Of a stretch of DNA of 64,000 nt, positions 1 to 14,300 are shown one piece after another. The DNA is taken from assembly GCA_976551045.1 (NCBI GenBank), contig CDPCPM010000005.1, positions 20,832,001-20,896,000 of the forward strand, written 5' to 3'. Position 1 is the first letter of the stretch. Each line of letters starts with the position of its first letter. The stretch is from Glaucostegus cemiculus (taxonomy: Eukaryota). The translations under genes were made by a program, and so were the position numbers. Under the pieces are notes generated by a model. The model did no database searches and was not told the origin of the DNA. It saw only the letters and a program-made list of their open reading frames with translations.

Positions 1-28
1 GTTCCTCCAGCATCATAGTGTTTTTCAT
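1..28 (+). mobile_element. Penelope-like terminal repeat fragment, cut by the window edge
   Basis: gttcctccagcatcatagtgtttttcat matches the copy at 40373-40399. Confidence 0.6.
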
Positions 29-579
29 CATCATCTAATTTACCATGGCCTGTAATGCTAAATTAGAAGTCCTGGTAAGGGGGAATGAAGTCTCTTACCC
101 AAAAGGGTTTGGAAAATCTGGTTGTCTGCTCCTGAACTTATACAGCTTCGGCTTCTAGCAAGATGTAAAGACCTCTAGAATGATTGCCACACCCTGTTCT
201 AGTTACAGAGCTCCTTCACTTGAAATGGTAAAGGCAAGGCTTTGATCAAAACTCACAACTTTGAACTGATACTAGACATTAATGAAGCTGGGGATGCACT
301 GAATATTGTCAACACTAACTAGTCATTGAAATGATAATAATGAGATTTTTTTGTGCAGTCTGCAACAGGTCAAACAGGTGTGGGTTAACCATCTATCATA
401 ACCCAGTGCTGTCTAAGTTGTTCCCATGTTTCTTGTAGAAAGCAAGGCAGTAAAATGATCTTAGTTTTATAATACAGGATGTCCATGACTGTAATTGTTA
501 ATAATTTATTAAAATTAACACAAAAATTGGCTTAGTTTATAGCTATAGGTTTTAGCAGAGCTTCAAGTATAGCTCCTCA

Positions 580-745
580 GATGGCGTGGTCCACAGGGTT
601 GAATGCATGGAATCAGAGGACATTTCCATTATAAATTGGATCAGTCACAGGAAACAAAGAGTAGTTGTACACAGAGCAGTTCAGAATGAAAAATGTTGAT
701 TAGCAGGGTGCACTCAGAATCAGTGATAGGGCCATTATTATGTCT
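580..745 (+). mobile_element. Degenerate CR1 LINE reverse-transcriptase fragment
   Basis: Decayed remnants of HGIRG..W..HRKQRVVV..SGV.Q.SV.GPLL (catggaatcagagg, cacaggaaacaaagagtagttgta, tcagtgatagggccattatta). Confidence 0.6.
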
Positions 746-1394
746 TTAGTGCAACCATGAACAGGATTCAGGGACAGAAACCCTTCATATCCAGCAAGTG
801 TTTTAGGCGTTGTGCAGGTACCTGTCTTAGGTCAACATAAGAACAGTGCAAACTTACCAGATTCTTTAAGATTGGCTGCCAGGAAGATTCAGTTAAGGTA
901 TGAGTCAATTTGGCAGGCAGTCCACACTTGGCAAAGTAGCATTGGTCTTCCTGCAGGGTGCAAGAGACGCACATGCTGGGAACTGGCAGCAGAAGCATTC
1001 CCCTAAAACCAGTATAAATGAAGCATAAATTTGTTGATAATACAGAACTGGGGGGAGCATGAATAATATGGAATAAGCAGACTAAACTGAGGCTATCAAT
1101 AGAATTAACAAGCAGAAGTTGTAATTTAACAGTCGTAAGATGATGGGTCTGAGCAACTAGTAAGAATATTAGAAAAAATGGCAGGAAACAGCCACCTTGT
1201 CCCTCTCTCCTGAGTGTGAGTAGATTGTGACAGGGAAGAGAGGAATATTGGGCAGGCAGGGTTTCAGCTGCCTTGTGTACATCCAAAGAAAAGCGATAAT
1301 GGCTTTCCTGTACCTGTGTCCAAAGGTAGATGAGCATATTAAAATGTGTTGCAAATGACTGGAATACTTAATGAGATATATTTTCAGTCATTTA

Positions 1395-2045
1395 TCATCA
1401 ACACCATCAACATCCTGGGGATTACTACTGGCCAAAAATTTAACTGGTCCAGGCCCATGTAAACTAAAGCTGCAAGGGCAGATCAGATGCTGAGTTTCCT
1501 AAAGCGAGCAGCTCACCTTCTGACTCCCCGAAGCCTTTCCTCCATCTTACAAAGCACAAGGCAAGACTCTGATGGATTACCTTTCACTTGCTTGGATGTG
1601 CAGTTCCGACACCAGTCAAAGTGCTCAACACCAACTAGGACAAAGTAGCTAGCTTGAAAGGCGCCCCATCCACCACCAAAAACACTCCTCCTACCTCTAG
1701 TGTGCCATGGTGCTCTGAACTCCTGTACAAAATATAATGCAGCTACTGAATAGTGTTCCTTTGCTAGCAACCCCCAGTCCCTTGAGCTCTGCTACCTTGA
1801 AAGAGAAGGACAATAGATGTATAGGAACACCAGTAGCAGGCAGTTCCTTCCAGGCTACATATACTTTGGCTTGGAAGTGTTTTACTGTTCTTTATTGTTG
1901 TTGGGTCAAACTCCTAAAACTTCCTATCTAACAATGCAATGTTATCCTGTCCACAAGAAGGATAACATTGCAAAGAAGATAAGGGCAATTGAGGATGGAA
2001 ATTAACTTCTGCTCTCATCAGCAACATTCACATCTTGAGGTTGAA
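1395..2045 (+). mobile_element. CR1/L2-group LINE, 3' fragment (chondrichthyan family with agggcaattagggatggg tail)
   Basis: RT C-terminal remnants (TINILG.T...KFNW..; HLLTP.SLS.IYKAQ.R..M.Y..LAW) and a tail (aagggcaattgaggatgg...cacatcttg) shared with copies at 22495 and 38935. Confidence 0.8.
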
Positions 2046-5000
2046 AAAAAATCTAGTAAAAGTTATGCAATTGGAACTGAGGGCAATGAGATGCATTATG
2101 CATCTAGCGATGCTACAATGTGAGGTGTGAACTTCAATCCTATAAGTGTTTAATTCATCATGAACTACAGGCACTATAAACATGCAACACAATAAGACGT
2201 CCTTCTTCATCTCCTGCCCTCCTTGTGATATGGCAGGTGGTGGTTGACTCTGGCTACCTGACCTGCATGTATTGGGTTTGGGTTAGGGTGGGTTTCAGAA
2301 AAATTATAACTTCTCAGGCTCAGGTTACAAAGCCAACTTCACTGTTTATAAATAAATGCAGCAAGTTTCAGTAGTTTGCTGAGAGCTGTGGCATCTGACC
2401 TGATCCTGAAAGGAGTGTTGTGCTCAGGTTGGGTCAGGTGTCAAATACATTATGAGTCCTTGGGCTCTGGTGAGATTGGCTGTGGTGGGGAATATTTGGG
2501 GTGGGGCTTTAATTTTATCTCCCAGCAGATCTCGATGTGCCTGTTCTCTATTGTAGCAATTTCCTCCTTCCCCTGAAGTGAGTTCTCCAAGGAAGCTGGG
2601 AATATCCCCTGGATCATGCCAGAGATATTTTTAGTAATGGTGATTGCAAGCAATTGGCAGGGGTTGGGGATGGACCACTTGGGGAGGATGGAAATCTTGC
2701 TCCACAGCACCACACGTACATCTGTTCTAATTTATCAAAAGTACTTGAGAAATACTTGCCTTTTCTAACAACTAAGGAGAACTCTGAATTCCCAGCTTGC
2801 TCAACATTTTCATCTGCACCAGACAAAAGCATAACACAGGAACACATAGCTCACTGCACTTGTTCCACCATTTTTGGGAGCTACGGCAATTCTGTTTCTT
2901 TCATTCCTAATGCTTACCAACTCCGTACATACCTCAATATCCATCCTTCCCAAATAGGGACCTACCTGTCCTTTAACCCCTTCTGTTATTTCTACTGTCA
3001 TGGCCTTATGCAGCTGTTCATTCTACATCTTTGCAGCTCCCTGTACCAAGAAGAAAACAAAGTCTGGATTTGCTTTCAGCTATCTTAATTCTAATTTTAA
3101 GATTACGTTCAGTTGTTCTGAGTTCATGTCGGGCTACCCTCCCTATTCTATTCACTATAATTCCTTTTGCTCCATTTAAATGAAAGTAAAACTGTTCCAG
3201 TTTTTTGCTCTCATCTCTGCTGACAGACTCAGTATAAATGGAGCTGAAGGCGGCTGTTAAGGTTTTCAGTAGAACAAAGCCTTTGAAAAAAAAGAAACCA
3301 AGAGGTTAATGTTTTAAGACAATCGCATTCCTGAGCAACAATTCCTCTATTTACAGCTGCTCTGCTATTCAAAATGAAAATTAATCTTTCAGGCACTAGT
3401 ATTTTTAAATGGGTATTTGTCAGGATTATAGGATTTTGCAGTCCATCTGAATATAAACCAAAATTTATTTTTTCCTGCATACTATGTAATTACCAAGCCA
3501 CAATAACAAAAGTGACATGTTTGAGGAACAGATAAAAAGCTGTAAATTGGCCAGTAATGGTGATATTTCCTCATCTTCCAAAAAACCCATTTATCCATCC
3601 TCTCAGCAAATCAAGCCACTGTCATCCTATACTCATCTCCTGGCCAGAGGGAGCTTAACAATTTATATGTGTAAGTGAATAGAAGAATGCAGATGAGGTC
3701 TTACATCTAAAGCTTTGAACACAAGCAGCTGGTACTTTGCTTGCCTGAATTTCTAAATCATCCGTAATGGGGCCAGGACCTCGAAGCACTAAAAAGAAGG
3801 AGATGACATGCTGGACAAACTGTTAATTTTTCCTGAAGAAGCTGCTATATTGCACATCTGTCACTGCTGTGCAGACAATCACTCACACAGTGAAAAAAAA
3901 ATCTGTTTCTTCTGCCAGTGCAGTGGTTAACAAAGCAGCCCAGGAAACTAGAGAGTTCTACCTCAGAGAAAGTGCCTTGGTAAGTTGCATGCTGTTTCCT
4001 GCATGTTCCCAAATCCAGCTTTTAACTGAGTACATGTACGACAGCAATACTCCTGGGCTTAAGCCTTACAGGTCAGAACATCATTAAAAAGCAATAATCA
4101 CCCTTCATGGGAATTTTTAAATCTTCTGTCCACTGCCTTGAAGCAAAGCAATGCTGACTTACATTGCATGGCTTAGTTTCAGGTTTTTTTTTCTCCCCAT
4201 GAATTCACATCTGAGTGAGATGGAAGATTAATGAAATGGAGGCATTTGGTTTTGTCACGTGATGCCATCAAGACATAGGACCTTGTAATTCCTCTCGTTT
4301 TTATTATGTACGTATGATTAAACAAAGAATGCTGGTGCTGGATAATATGACCACAATGCTGGAAACCAAGTTGTGCCATCCTATAAACTCTGATATGTTA
4401 AGGCCATGCAGAGGGAAAGATTTAAATGTTGTAAACATTTTATTTATCTAATTTTTGTAAGACAGTTCTCAGCTATTATATGTGGTTGTTTGCAGCATAT
4501 TTTATGCTTATTGGTTAATTTAATTCTTCTGCATTGTATTTATTTTTAAATGTAAGTGAATAATTTATAAATTATATTATGTGTAGGACTTTTAATGTTC
4601 TGAAAGCTCTCAATGTGCTTCATAGCAAAGTAATTAGATGAAAAAAAAACTTAGGCAGGAATTCCCAGCTTCAAAATATGGTTTAATATCTATCATACTC
4701 TTCCAGTATCTAGTTCTTACGTACAACATGTGCCACTGGGAGAGAGCAGCCTTTGATTACAGTGGAGAAAGATCATTAGTAGCCTTTTGTCACCAAGTCA
4801 TGATGACATACTGCTTGCTGCTGCCTGAAATTAAATGGAAACCTTCTGTATGTTTTACATCCCATTTACCTTCCAAGGCTGCCGTTGATGGCAAGCTTAC
4901 CAGTTGAAGCTACCCTGTAAGTGCAAACAAAAGGATGTATGTGACTGTGGAGCACCAAAATCCTATACCCTGGAGGATTCGTTGCTTGCCTGCAGAGGCT

Positions 5001-5799
5001 GAATTACTGTCAGAAGGGAAAGTAAATGGCATTTCATTTTGTGATGTTCTATTGGAAGAGATTACATCATATAAACACCATACTCATTTTAATACTTTTA
5101 CCAAAGTATCATATATTTATTCTAATTTTAAAAAATGTTGGTGACAAGTAAAATCTTGGATTTATGAAATTCTTAAATTAAAAATTCCTCTTAAAGATAA
5201 TATTTATAGTTTTCTTCTGCATTTTGCCACTAGGAACAAGTGGTATGACATCATCATCTGTGGTATTCCATAGTGTTGTTAACTTAATGCCGCTGATGAT
5301 CCATCACTTTCTGCTTGTAAGAATAAATGTGTATCTTTTCTCCACAGTATTCCAAATACTGAAAATCTATCTGGATTTAATTTAACTGAATCCTGTTCTG
5401 ATTAATACAAAGGGGCTACCTTCTTCTTTGTTTACACACACATTGGCCTGTAGACTCATAGGCTGAAACCCAATATTTAGGATTCAAAAATTAAATCTGA
5501 TAAATATCAGATCAGGATCTTTATTAAGGATGGCCACTCACAGCTTTGCTTTCAATACTCATCTAGGATCTACTATACCAGTAGAAATCTTAAACTGTTA
5601 AAATCCAATTACAGAGACAAGAGAGTGTGGATGGCAATCAACATACTGGCATCCCTTGTTACCTAGAGACATGTAGGTGAGATGAAATGTGCTAGGTTCA
5701 TGTTTATTGGTAGCCTACTGATATGATACTCATGGATGAGACATCCCAGCATGATACCAGTATCAGAAAGCTAAGCTTTAAACCTTCAAGATTGCTTTA

Positions 5800-6030
5800 G
5801 GGACAATCTCATTATAGTCGCTCTTCAATAAAAACTTGTAAATGGATTGCAAGTATTTCATGTGCATAAGCAGAACTCCGTACACATTCATTAATTTTTC
5901 TCTCTGATTCATTGCATCTGCTCTAAAAAATCCATTTATGAAATCATCGTCCTGAGTCCTGATGGACAGATGTTTGGGTGAAATGTCAAATGCTTCTGTA
6001 AATTCAAGGCAACAGATTTGATACCAGCTC
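5800..6030 (-). mobile_element. Highly degenerate CR1 RT fragment
   Basis: ORF text CLEFTEAFDISPKHL resembles the RT motif YLDFSKAFDKVPH.RL. Confidence 0.4.
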
Positions 6031-9000
6031 ATGGGGGGTGTGGATGTAGGAAGGGCTGGCTTTCACATTTTTCCTTGCTTTTTCTCCCCATCATGCTCAA
6101 ATAAAGTTGAAATTTCTGACTGTTGTGAAGATGCCACTTCATCCCTGAGATAGAAGATCTCAGTCCACTCAAGGTAACAGACTGAAGGAGAAACAAAGCA
6201 TTACAGGTTATGCCACTACTATTTCTCACTGAAATATAAAAATGTACCTCATGTGCACTACAGACCAATCAGCATACAAAAGAAACAGGTATGTTCAGAT
6301 TTTGGGTATCATTCTTCATCATGATTGGCATGGCCCAGTCTGGAAGAACCCTTTTTTTCATAGAACTGACAAGGACAAGTGAAGATGCCCAAGAGAACAA
6401 AGAAAGGAGGGGAGAACAACAGGTAGAGGTCAAGAGTTCAAATCTACTAACTACTTTTGCAGAGAGGCAGCTAATGGATTTTATAGCCTATTAGCAGATT
6501 TTAAAATGCTGTACGCTATCTGAAGGTCATCTCAAATGGGGGTTAGATACAGAGACATTTGAAAGGCAGAGCCAAGAAAGACCATTTCTTTCTGCTTTCC
6601 CAGAGTTCTAGTTTCAACAAAATTGAATAATAGTGTTGCCTTTTTAAGGATACCGTTTGATAAAATGTTTCCAGAGAGAGTAATGGAGACTTATTTCACA
6701 CTTCAGATGTGTTCGTCATGTGTAAAATACAATAAACTGGGTCTCAGAACCTAACAAATCAAAAATCTAATGATCCAGATTATAACTAATCATCTGGCCT
6801 GAATGCCTTATTCTCCTTTTTAAAATCAATTCAATTTTTCCCCATGTATTACTGCCCAGAATAATATCTGTGGTTGCTCGTCTGACTGGCTTGACTTCAA
6901 TCATTGTATGAAATTGCAGAAGAGACATCCAATGCCCAGTTATTAGTGCTTTGGGTCTGACATTGGACCTTTGTGAGTACTCCAGGGCTCAATACAACCA
7001 GCTGGGAAAATGGGGTATAAGCTGCACAGAAAATACAGCACATTTCAGTTCGTCCTCATTTTTGGTGCTTCTCCACCACTTTCACACTGGATGAAAGAAT
7101 GCTCTATAAAAAGAAGTGACTGGATATTCATTCAAAAGCATTGCAATAAATTACCGCACAAATTTTGAATTCCTATCCAATGTCATTGCTACATAAATTA
7201 AACTAAAATATATACGTAAACGTGGCTGCTGTTTTAAGGTCAGTTTCTTTTCTGCTTTAGTTAATAGCGATGTGAATGTTAGCATCCTATCTTACTGCTA
7301 GTAAGATTGCAGTTAGGAACAGGGGAGCTGAAATAGCCTATTCAGCCCATCCTGTCTGTTCAAATGAGTGAAAGGAAAACAGGACTGGGAAATGAGCTAA
7401 TCTCGAGAGATTGAATGATTGAAACTCTAGCTAGCTAGGCTTGTCTTCCCATTTACTGATGTTTACAACAAGGTGAAAATTGGGGTTGGCTAAGTCAGGA
7501 CTGTTAAATATCCCATTTCTTGTTGCCTTAATCCTTCTTCACCAGGCCATGGCATAATCAGAAAAGGAGTTTTATCACAGCAAACTCAAGACTTCTCTCA
7601 ATTGCTGACTGTTTAATATATTGGCAACAAGGAAAATCAGATGAAAAGATAATAGAACTGATTTAAAAAGTGATGAAAATATCAGGACATTAATAATGAA
7701 AAGGATCCAAATGGATTCCAATCCCCTAAGAATGACAGGACTTGTGTACAAAGTTCTGACTTTTGTAGGAAAAAATGGTTCTGGTGATATACTGACTACC
7801 TAGCTTTCTTGTTGGCAACTGTGAACTATTTTGATAAACACACTCTAAGGAGATCTTGAAGATAAATTTCCTGGTATGAATTCTATTTGACTCTGACATA
7901 GCACCAGAAGAATGCTTGAGGAACTTTCCCATTGGGTGGAGGAGGAGGGTGATGTGGTGAGGGAGGATGACAGAAGGACTGAGGGGGTCCAGGGGTGGGA
8001 GAGGACAGGGATGGAATACTGTGACTCTGCACACCTTCAGATTATGCAAAATTGCAAACTCTCTATCTATTATGTTCCATCCAATGATTTTAATGGACTA
8101 GCTAAAGGTCATAGCTGCAAAGATATGCTTACTTGAAACCTTACAGTAATCATTGCCGATATCTATTTTTCTCCATTCATATTAAGCTTCTTGGTAGATG
8201 TGAGAGCGTTGGAAGAGTTGAGTCTCGAGACAATGCAGACTACTACTGTAATATGGACCTGGGTTCCTTTGAAGAGTGTGTGCCTCTGCATGAGGTGACT
8301 GAAAAAAGGTTTTAGTCCAATTGTCACCATCCTTAGTAGACAATACATTAAAGCTGACCAGATCTTATGGCCAGACTCAGTGCTGCATATAGCACTTGCA
8401 AGAATTGGGGATAGATGCAAGACAAGGAAGAAACTTCGATGAGAAAGACTACCTGACAGAATAATTTCTGGGATAGAGAGAATGCCATGAAATCTTGCCA
8501 AATAACATCACCTGGGTTAATACTCACCCACGCCAAGATCTCACATAAACTTACAGCTCTTTCATTCCATCTCATGTATATCCACAGCTCAGCAGCAGGT
8601 GGAAAAGCCCTGCATCCAGTCCTCTGCTGATTGGGAGCAAGATGAGGAAATTGTCCTCAGCAATTTACACATAGGAGGACTGGGGTTTGAAGATGCATTC
8701 TGGTGCCCACTGATCTCCTGATATACTTCGGCTTGTCGGATAAACTACAAAACACTATAATTGAAGTACTAGAAAAATGAAAACAAAAGTAACCCAGCAG
8801 AATAAAAACAAAAGTTTTCTAAGATAGGCAAATCTTTCTGATATGGCCAAGGTGTTCACAGGCATCAAGCACAGAGCGTTAATGCTAAAACATGGAATGG
8901 ATTCCAGAGGGTAGAGATTTGTGGTTTCAGTTAAAAAAAAAATCATTGGTCAGCCTTTACCATCTTTAGTAAACAATGCCTTTCTGCCATGTAATGTGCT

Positions 9001-9789
9001 TGTGACCTACCTATCATTTTGGATGCATCGTTGTCCATTCTATGCACCTGAAAGACAGATGCCGCACCATCAGAATTTTGGCTAATATGTTTTAGCACCG
9101 TTGCAGACATTACAGACCTTAGAAACAAAGAAAAATGAGCATGAAAGTGTGGCAAGAGTTGCAATGATAGTTGTTCCTTCTTTAATGTGGAATCAATAAG
9201 TTGATGAAAGGCTAAAGGAGAGGAGCTCACTGGATTGTTCTTCCATAAAGCCAGAATGGATTCAACAGGTCTGAGTGGTCTCCTTCTAGTTGTAATCATT
9301 TTGCAATGCATGATGTCAGACATTGTATGATGAATTTGTACGTAAAGTAGTTAAGGCTCAGTAAAGATTTCTGCAAAACAAAAGTTTTATTTTCTTCCAT
9401 TTGTAAAATAAAATTGCTTCAAAAATATTTATGACTTAATTTTTTTAAGGGACATAGTCTTTGTGATGTTACTTTCTGACAGAAACACATATTTCTAAGC
9501 AGGGTTATTGTAGTGATGAGATGTGCCAGTGCTAATCATATTTCATGGTCAACTATATGAAGCCATTGAGACCAGCCAAATGCACAGACAAAGGATTGAA
9601 CTTTGTACCTTCCTGCTGTGGAGCACTCAATTATACAATAACCACATCAACTGAGCTATGGCAGGGAATGCTTTTGCTTCATTTTAATTGTTATTTGACT
9701 GGAGATTTCATTCCATGACCCATACTTGATAGCACTGGCACACAGTCTCACTTTCTGCATTTGCCCAGAATCAATGTGGGTTTGATTTT

Positions 9790-9837
9790 GGAGACACAAG
9801 AGACTGTAGACGCTGGAACCTGGAGCAACAAACAGGA
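9790..9837 (-). mobile_element. Very short Penelope-like terminus insertion
   Basis: gacacaagagactgtagacgctggaacctggagcaacaaaca matches the element end at 41454. Flanked by tttgatttt at 9781-9789 and 9838-9846 (possible TSD). Confidence 0.7.
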
Positions 9838-10102
9838 TTTGATTTTCCTTTGAGATGCTCACCTCACACCCCTCCCTTCATATCAAAGGGAGACATATCT
9901 GGGCCTAGACCCTGCTTTGTGAGCCCAAACCTAAGACTGAGAATCAATAAATATTGGGGCCATGTTTCCATTAACATATTCGGATGAGTTGCCATTGCTA
10001 CCCACTTCTCTGCAGGCAAGCTGCCTCTAAGAAGACATCAGAGTTCAGTTCCTCCAACAGATTGTTTGTTGGATCAGAGTTGGATTGTCTGTCTCACAGC
10101 AG

Positions 10103-10137
10103 CTGTCTTCAGGTATCCCTGTCTTCAGGTATCCCTG
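10103..10137. repeat. Perfect 16-bp tandem duplication
   Basis: ctgtcttcaggtatcc x2 plus ctg. Confidence 0.9.
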
Positions 10138-10504
10138 AAAGAGAGGTTAGTATGGCCTGCTATGGAAAGGGTGTGTGGTTCTGTGGAGCTGGGGAGCGTT
10201 CCAGTTCCTTCTGACTCCAGAAACTCACCATTCATTATTGGTTACACAGATTGTGAAAGAATCCCACTGCCCTTCTGCCCTGTTACCCAACAAACATATG
10301 TATTATCAACAAAGCAGAAACCATGGCTATGTCTATATTCTTTGTGCCTACTTAACACTTGAAAAATAGGTGTAGCACTATTTAAATATTTTAATAAAGA
10401 TGATTATTTTTAAAACAATCAATAAAAATTAGAAGACTTAAAACATTTAAAAACATTTCATAAACAAGTAAAGAAATCTAATATTTATCTTGCAAGTGCT
10501 AGAA

Positions 10505-10605
10505 TCTAAGTTCTGATGCAAAGTTATTAACCTGAAACCTTAACTGTTTCACAACAGATGCTGCCTGACCTGTTATGTTTCTCCAGGATTTTCCTTTTTT
10601 TGTTC
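10505..10605 (+). mobile_element. Penelope-like terminal repeat relic with decayed hammerhead core
   Basis: agtt-ctgatgc-aaagttattaacct-gaaacctt-aact followed by cagatgctgcctgacctg. Confidence 0.7.
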
Positions 10606-11209
10606 ACTTTACAGTCATTCACCTCCACCCAAATCATTGAAAGAGAATTGATTATGCCTGGTCTAACATGGAACACATTCTTCAAAAATCAGAGCTATGC
10701 TGGCAAATCACTGGCGAACAGCTGGCAGCAAATTCAAGACATCCACTTCTGCAAAGGTGCGAAAATGCTAAACTTGCAGGCGCTTCCATGGGTTAATGCC
10801 AGCAAATCCATGTGAAACTGCCAGCATTTCTCTGCAAAATCATACTCAATGGATTTGAATATGGCATGTTCTTAGTGCACTGCTGAATGCTGTGAGCATC
10901 ATGTTAAATGGTCATAGCGCTTAACTGTGGTTTATTAATAATGCAGTAAAATTATTGTGCCTTGTTCATCATTAATCTACTCCTCTCCTGAAGTTTGGTG
11001 AAGTAGACTTTGGTCCTCTCTGGTATCTCACCATGATATAATTTAGTCATCTGTACGACTGATGGTATTTACTCAAAACTTGGGGGCTTCAATTGGGGTC
11101 AAATTTGACATGATTGAATAGCAGGGGTTGCTGGATAGTAATAAAAAGGGAACACTGGCCAATTTTCCTTTCATTATCCCAAGGTTTTGAGGACAAATAT
11201 AGCACCACT

Positions 11210-11375
11210 AATGTTATCCCACTGGAGAGGGACCACCAACTCTGCCTCTGAAGACTCTTCCAAATCCACTGGTGGAACAAACCAAACTAATATAAATGTC
11301 ATCTCCCAGGCCAGTGGGCTACATTATCTACATGTCTGACACTGGACTCCCGAAGCAGTCTTACATGGACCTCAT
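11210..11375 (+). mobile_element. RTE-clade LINE fragment
   Basis: Remnants of LERDHQLCL*RLFQIHW..TN.NVISQA and W..GYIIYMSDTGLPKQ..Y.DL, corresponding to the RTE C-terminal motif (RWAGHIVRMPD.RLPKQ.LY.EL). Confidence 0.75.
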
Positions 11376-14300
11376 CAACCAACTCACAATCAATAGACCT
11401 GGAGTGCTTTATGGAGTCTGCTATAAAGTAGTCCATGTCTCTGAAACATTATGGAGGGCAATGATTAGTCTGCTTAGATAAACATGAGCTATTTTTTGGA
11501 TTTGAGGTCTTGATCTTTGAAAACTCTTTTCCTCAATCAGTTGAAAGTTATTCTGGTGCATTGGAAGGGGTGGAGAATTGTATCGATGACTTCTGCTTTT
11601 ACTGAGAGGTGGCTCCTGAGATATGAAAATTGAGTCATGGACATTTATTATAGGTGCAGGTGTGGTGCGGTGGAGCAGGTGGATAGAAGCCTTTCATTTG
11701 CAGATCTTTTGTGCAAGGTCCATTCTCTCATATACTTGGTATCCCAGTATGCACATAAACAAGCATGGCTCTGAGTTGCAGCTCAATGACTGAGGTTGCA
11801 GCAACCTTGGTTCTGCAGTGGTGGCAATGGAGGTTGAATGGAGTCCCATTTGTCTGGTAGGTTAGCTCTACTCCAGTGGGAAAGTTGTTATAGGTGACAT
11901 GCAATATTATGGTGAGAAAATCTAACGTGACAATGAAGTGATTAAACTGTCCCATAACAAGTGGAAATGTAACTAGTATTTTCTTCATCTAGTGGAAACC
12001 TTGCCATTATCACTGCTTTAGGGCTCTAACACAGAGGTCAGAAATCAAGTTTCAGCAAAATTATATCTGGTCTCTTACATATTGATTAGAGCAGATTTTA
12101 CTGATAAATGGCTAATCAAGATCTGTGTTAAACTGATGTGATATCCTTAAAGATTACATGAGAGATGCTAACTTTAAAGCTTATAATGCATTTGAAATGC
12201 AGAATAACAAAACAGCCAAAAGAAACTTGAAGATACAGAACACTGTGGTTTAACGTGTAATCCCAAATGTGGACACGGATGTCTTCAGTGTTCCTTTTAA
12301 ACTGCATCCTTCCTATAGATAATTATGATTAGAAACTTTCAATTTAAATTCAACATCCTCTAACTGGTGCAATGACTGAAACAATCAACTTTGACAATTT
12401 CAAGCTTTCTCTGAGTGCCTCATAACTTAAAATGCTTTCTAACTTTTCTGAATAACATTAAACATTTCACATTTGTGTTGTAGTAACAGTGCCATGTCCA
12501 AAATCATTTAGTACACATTCACAATGCATTACCACATTACCTCACATATAAGCAAATTTGCAAACACTCCTGTTTTGTGTGTCATCTGACACAAGCCATC
12601 CTTCATGTTCAAGGTGATTGTGTCTAAAAATTAGAACGAGACTGGAGATCTTTGCTTATCTCACATTCACTATCTTAATATATCAGGTGGCAGTCAGGTA
12701 ATCAAATGTGGTTCTCTTCAAAAAGTTCATAAGCAAGAACACAGTTGTCTACTAACCTTAGTTACACTTTTCTGATGTTTTTAAATGTATTTATAAGTGC
12801 ACCTGACATATTTCAGCCAGATATGGATTCTGAACCTCATTAGATGGTGTCACCTTTTTGCCTTTATTTTAAGAAATTCTCAATCACACCATAAACACAT
12901 CTTCAGACTTGTGGAACAATTTCCTTATGAAGGATTGAACTTTAATAGCCCATATGATAAGCATGAACAAAGACCTCCCCTTCACCAGCTTCAAAGTTAT
13001 TTCATGTGAGCATTTACAACCTGTTTTTCACAGCCTCTGTACAAATTGCTTACTTTGAACATTTAATATTTGTAAAGCTAACTGGTACATTAAAACTTGG
13101 CCATGCCTGTACACACACATCATTGGTTAAGCACCTCTCCTGATCTACGCAGTTCACTGTTTCATGCTTAAGCTTTCTAGGAAGTATCATGATCAGCATT
13201 AATTTTCTGTATTGTATGAAATTACCGATGATTGCCTCGTTGGGTTGTGATACTCTGAGTTCAGGTAGCGGGTAATGAAATCCTTTTGAAATAAATTTGA
13301 AAAATGCTGATACACGACTTGTGAATATAGGTTGTTCCTGAATTAAAATGTAAAGAAATCCTTAAATTCTGAAGAAAACATTTCAGGCAAATGTAACAGT
13401 AGCACTGAGAGAGTTAGTGACTTATGTAGGGGTTTTGAAAAGTGCATGGACAGGCAAAGTAATTGTATTTATTTCTGTATTACTTCTGGGCCTAGCCAGT
13501 TGGGTATCAATTGATTCAGAAACATACTTGTCATATTTTGGCCACAATATAGGCCTGTGTATGCTGATTATTTAAGCAGATCCCCCTCTCTCTTTATAAC
13601 ATGTTCCCAGATCATTTGTGTCATGATGAGTCCCTTCACTGTAGTTCAAACACATACTCTTAGCGTTCTCATAGTCCTTACTAGTGGGAACAGTTGTCCA
13701 AAGTGATCACACTGCGTCTATCTTTAGAAGCATTAGCTTGTCCTGTTACAAAGTTCATTATTTGTTTTGGAAACAAATTATAAATGCAGCAAATTTTCTG
13801 GAATATATCTGGCAGGGAAAGCAGTGACTATATAACACAGCAGGCAGCTGGCAGATACACTTTTCAATGTTGCTTTCCCATTAAAGGAAGACGGCCCATG
13901 TAATGCATTTTTTTAGGTCCTGATTTATGTTGCATACATGATGAGAGATATCTAACCCTTAATTTTGGATTCTGTATCTAGACTTCAACTTGGATTTCAC
14001 ATGCGTTGTACTTGTGAATATTTTCCAAAGTAACCTAATGATTTTGAATAGTCAATACATTCACTTGTTTGAATGATTATTAAATTTGTTAGTATGCATC
14101 AGTTATATTTATTGGTTATATTTATCAACAAAATCCCCTTGCTCCAACGTAATCCCCTCTTCCAACCTTCTGCGTAATAGAAGCATAGCAAAGTACTGCT
14201 GCAGTTTATTAACCTGACATCCACACTGGCTTCCTTTACCGAGGATTGAGGCAAAGCTTGTGGAGTTCCCCACACTGCCCCATGCTACCTGGCAGAATTC

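Noticed and set aside
768-1337. 189-aa minus-strand ORF, the longest in the window
   Set aside because: No recognisable domain, L/S/C-rich composition typical of non-coding DNA, and it lies among decayed LINE fragments.
2274-2295. Telomere-like gggtttgggttagggtggg
   Set aside because: Only one exact TTAGGG. It may form a G-quadruplex but is not an interstitial telomeric array.
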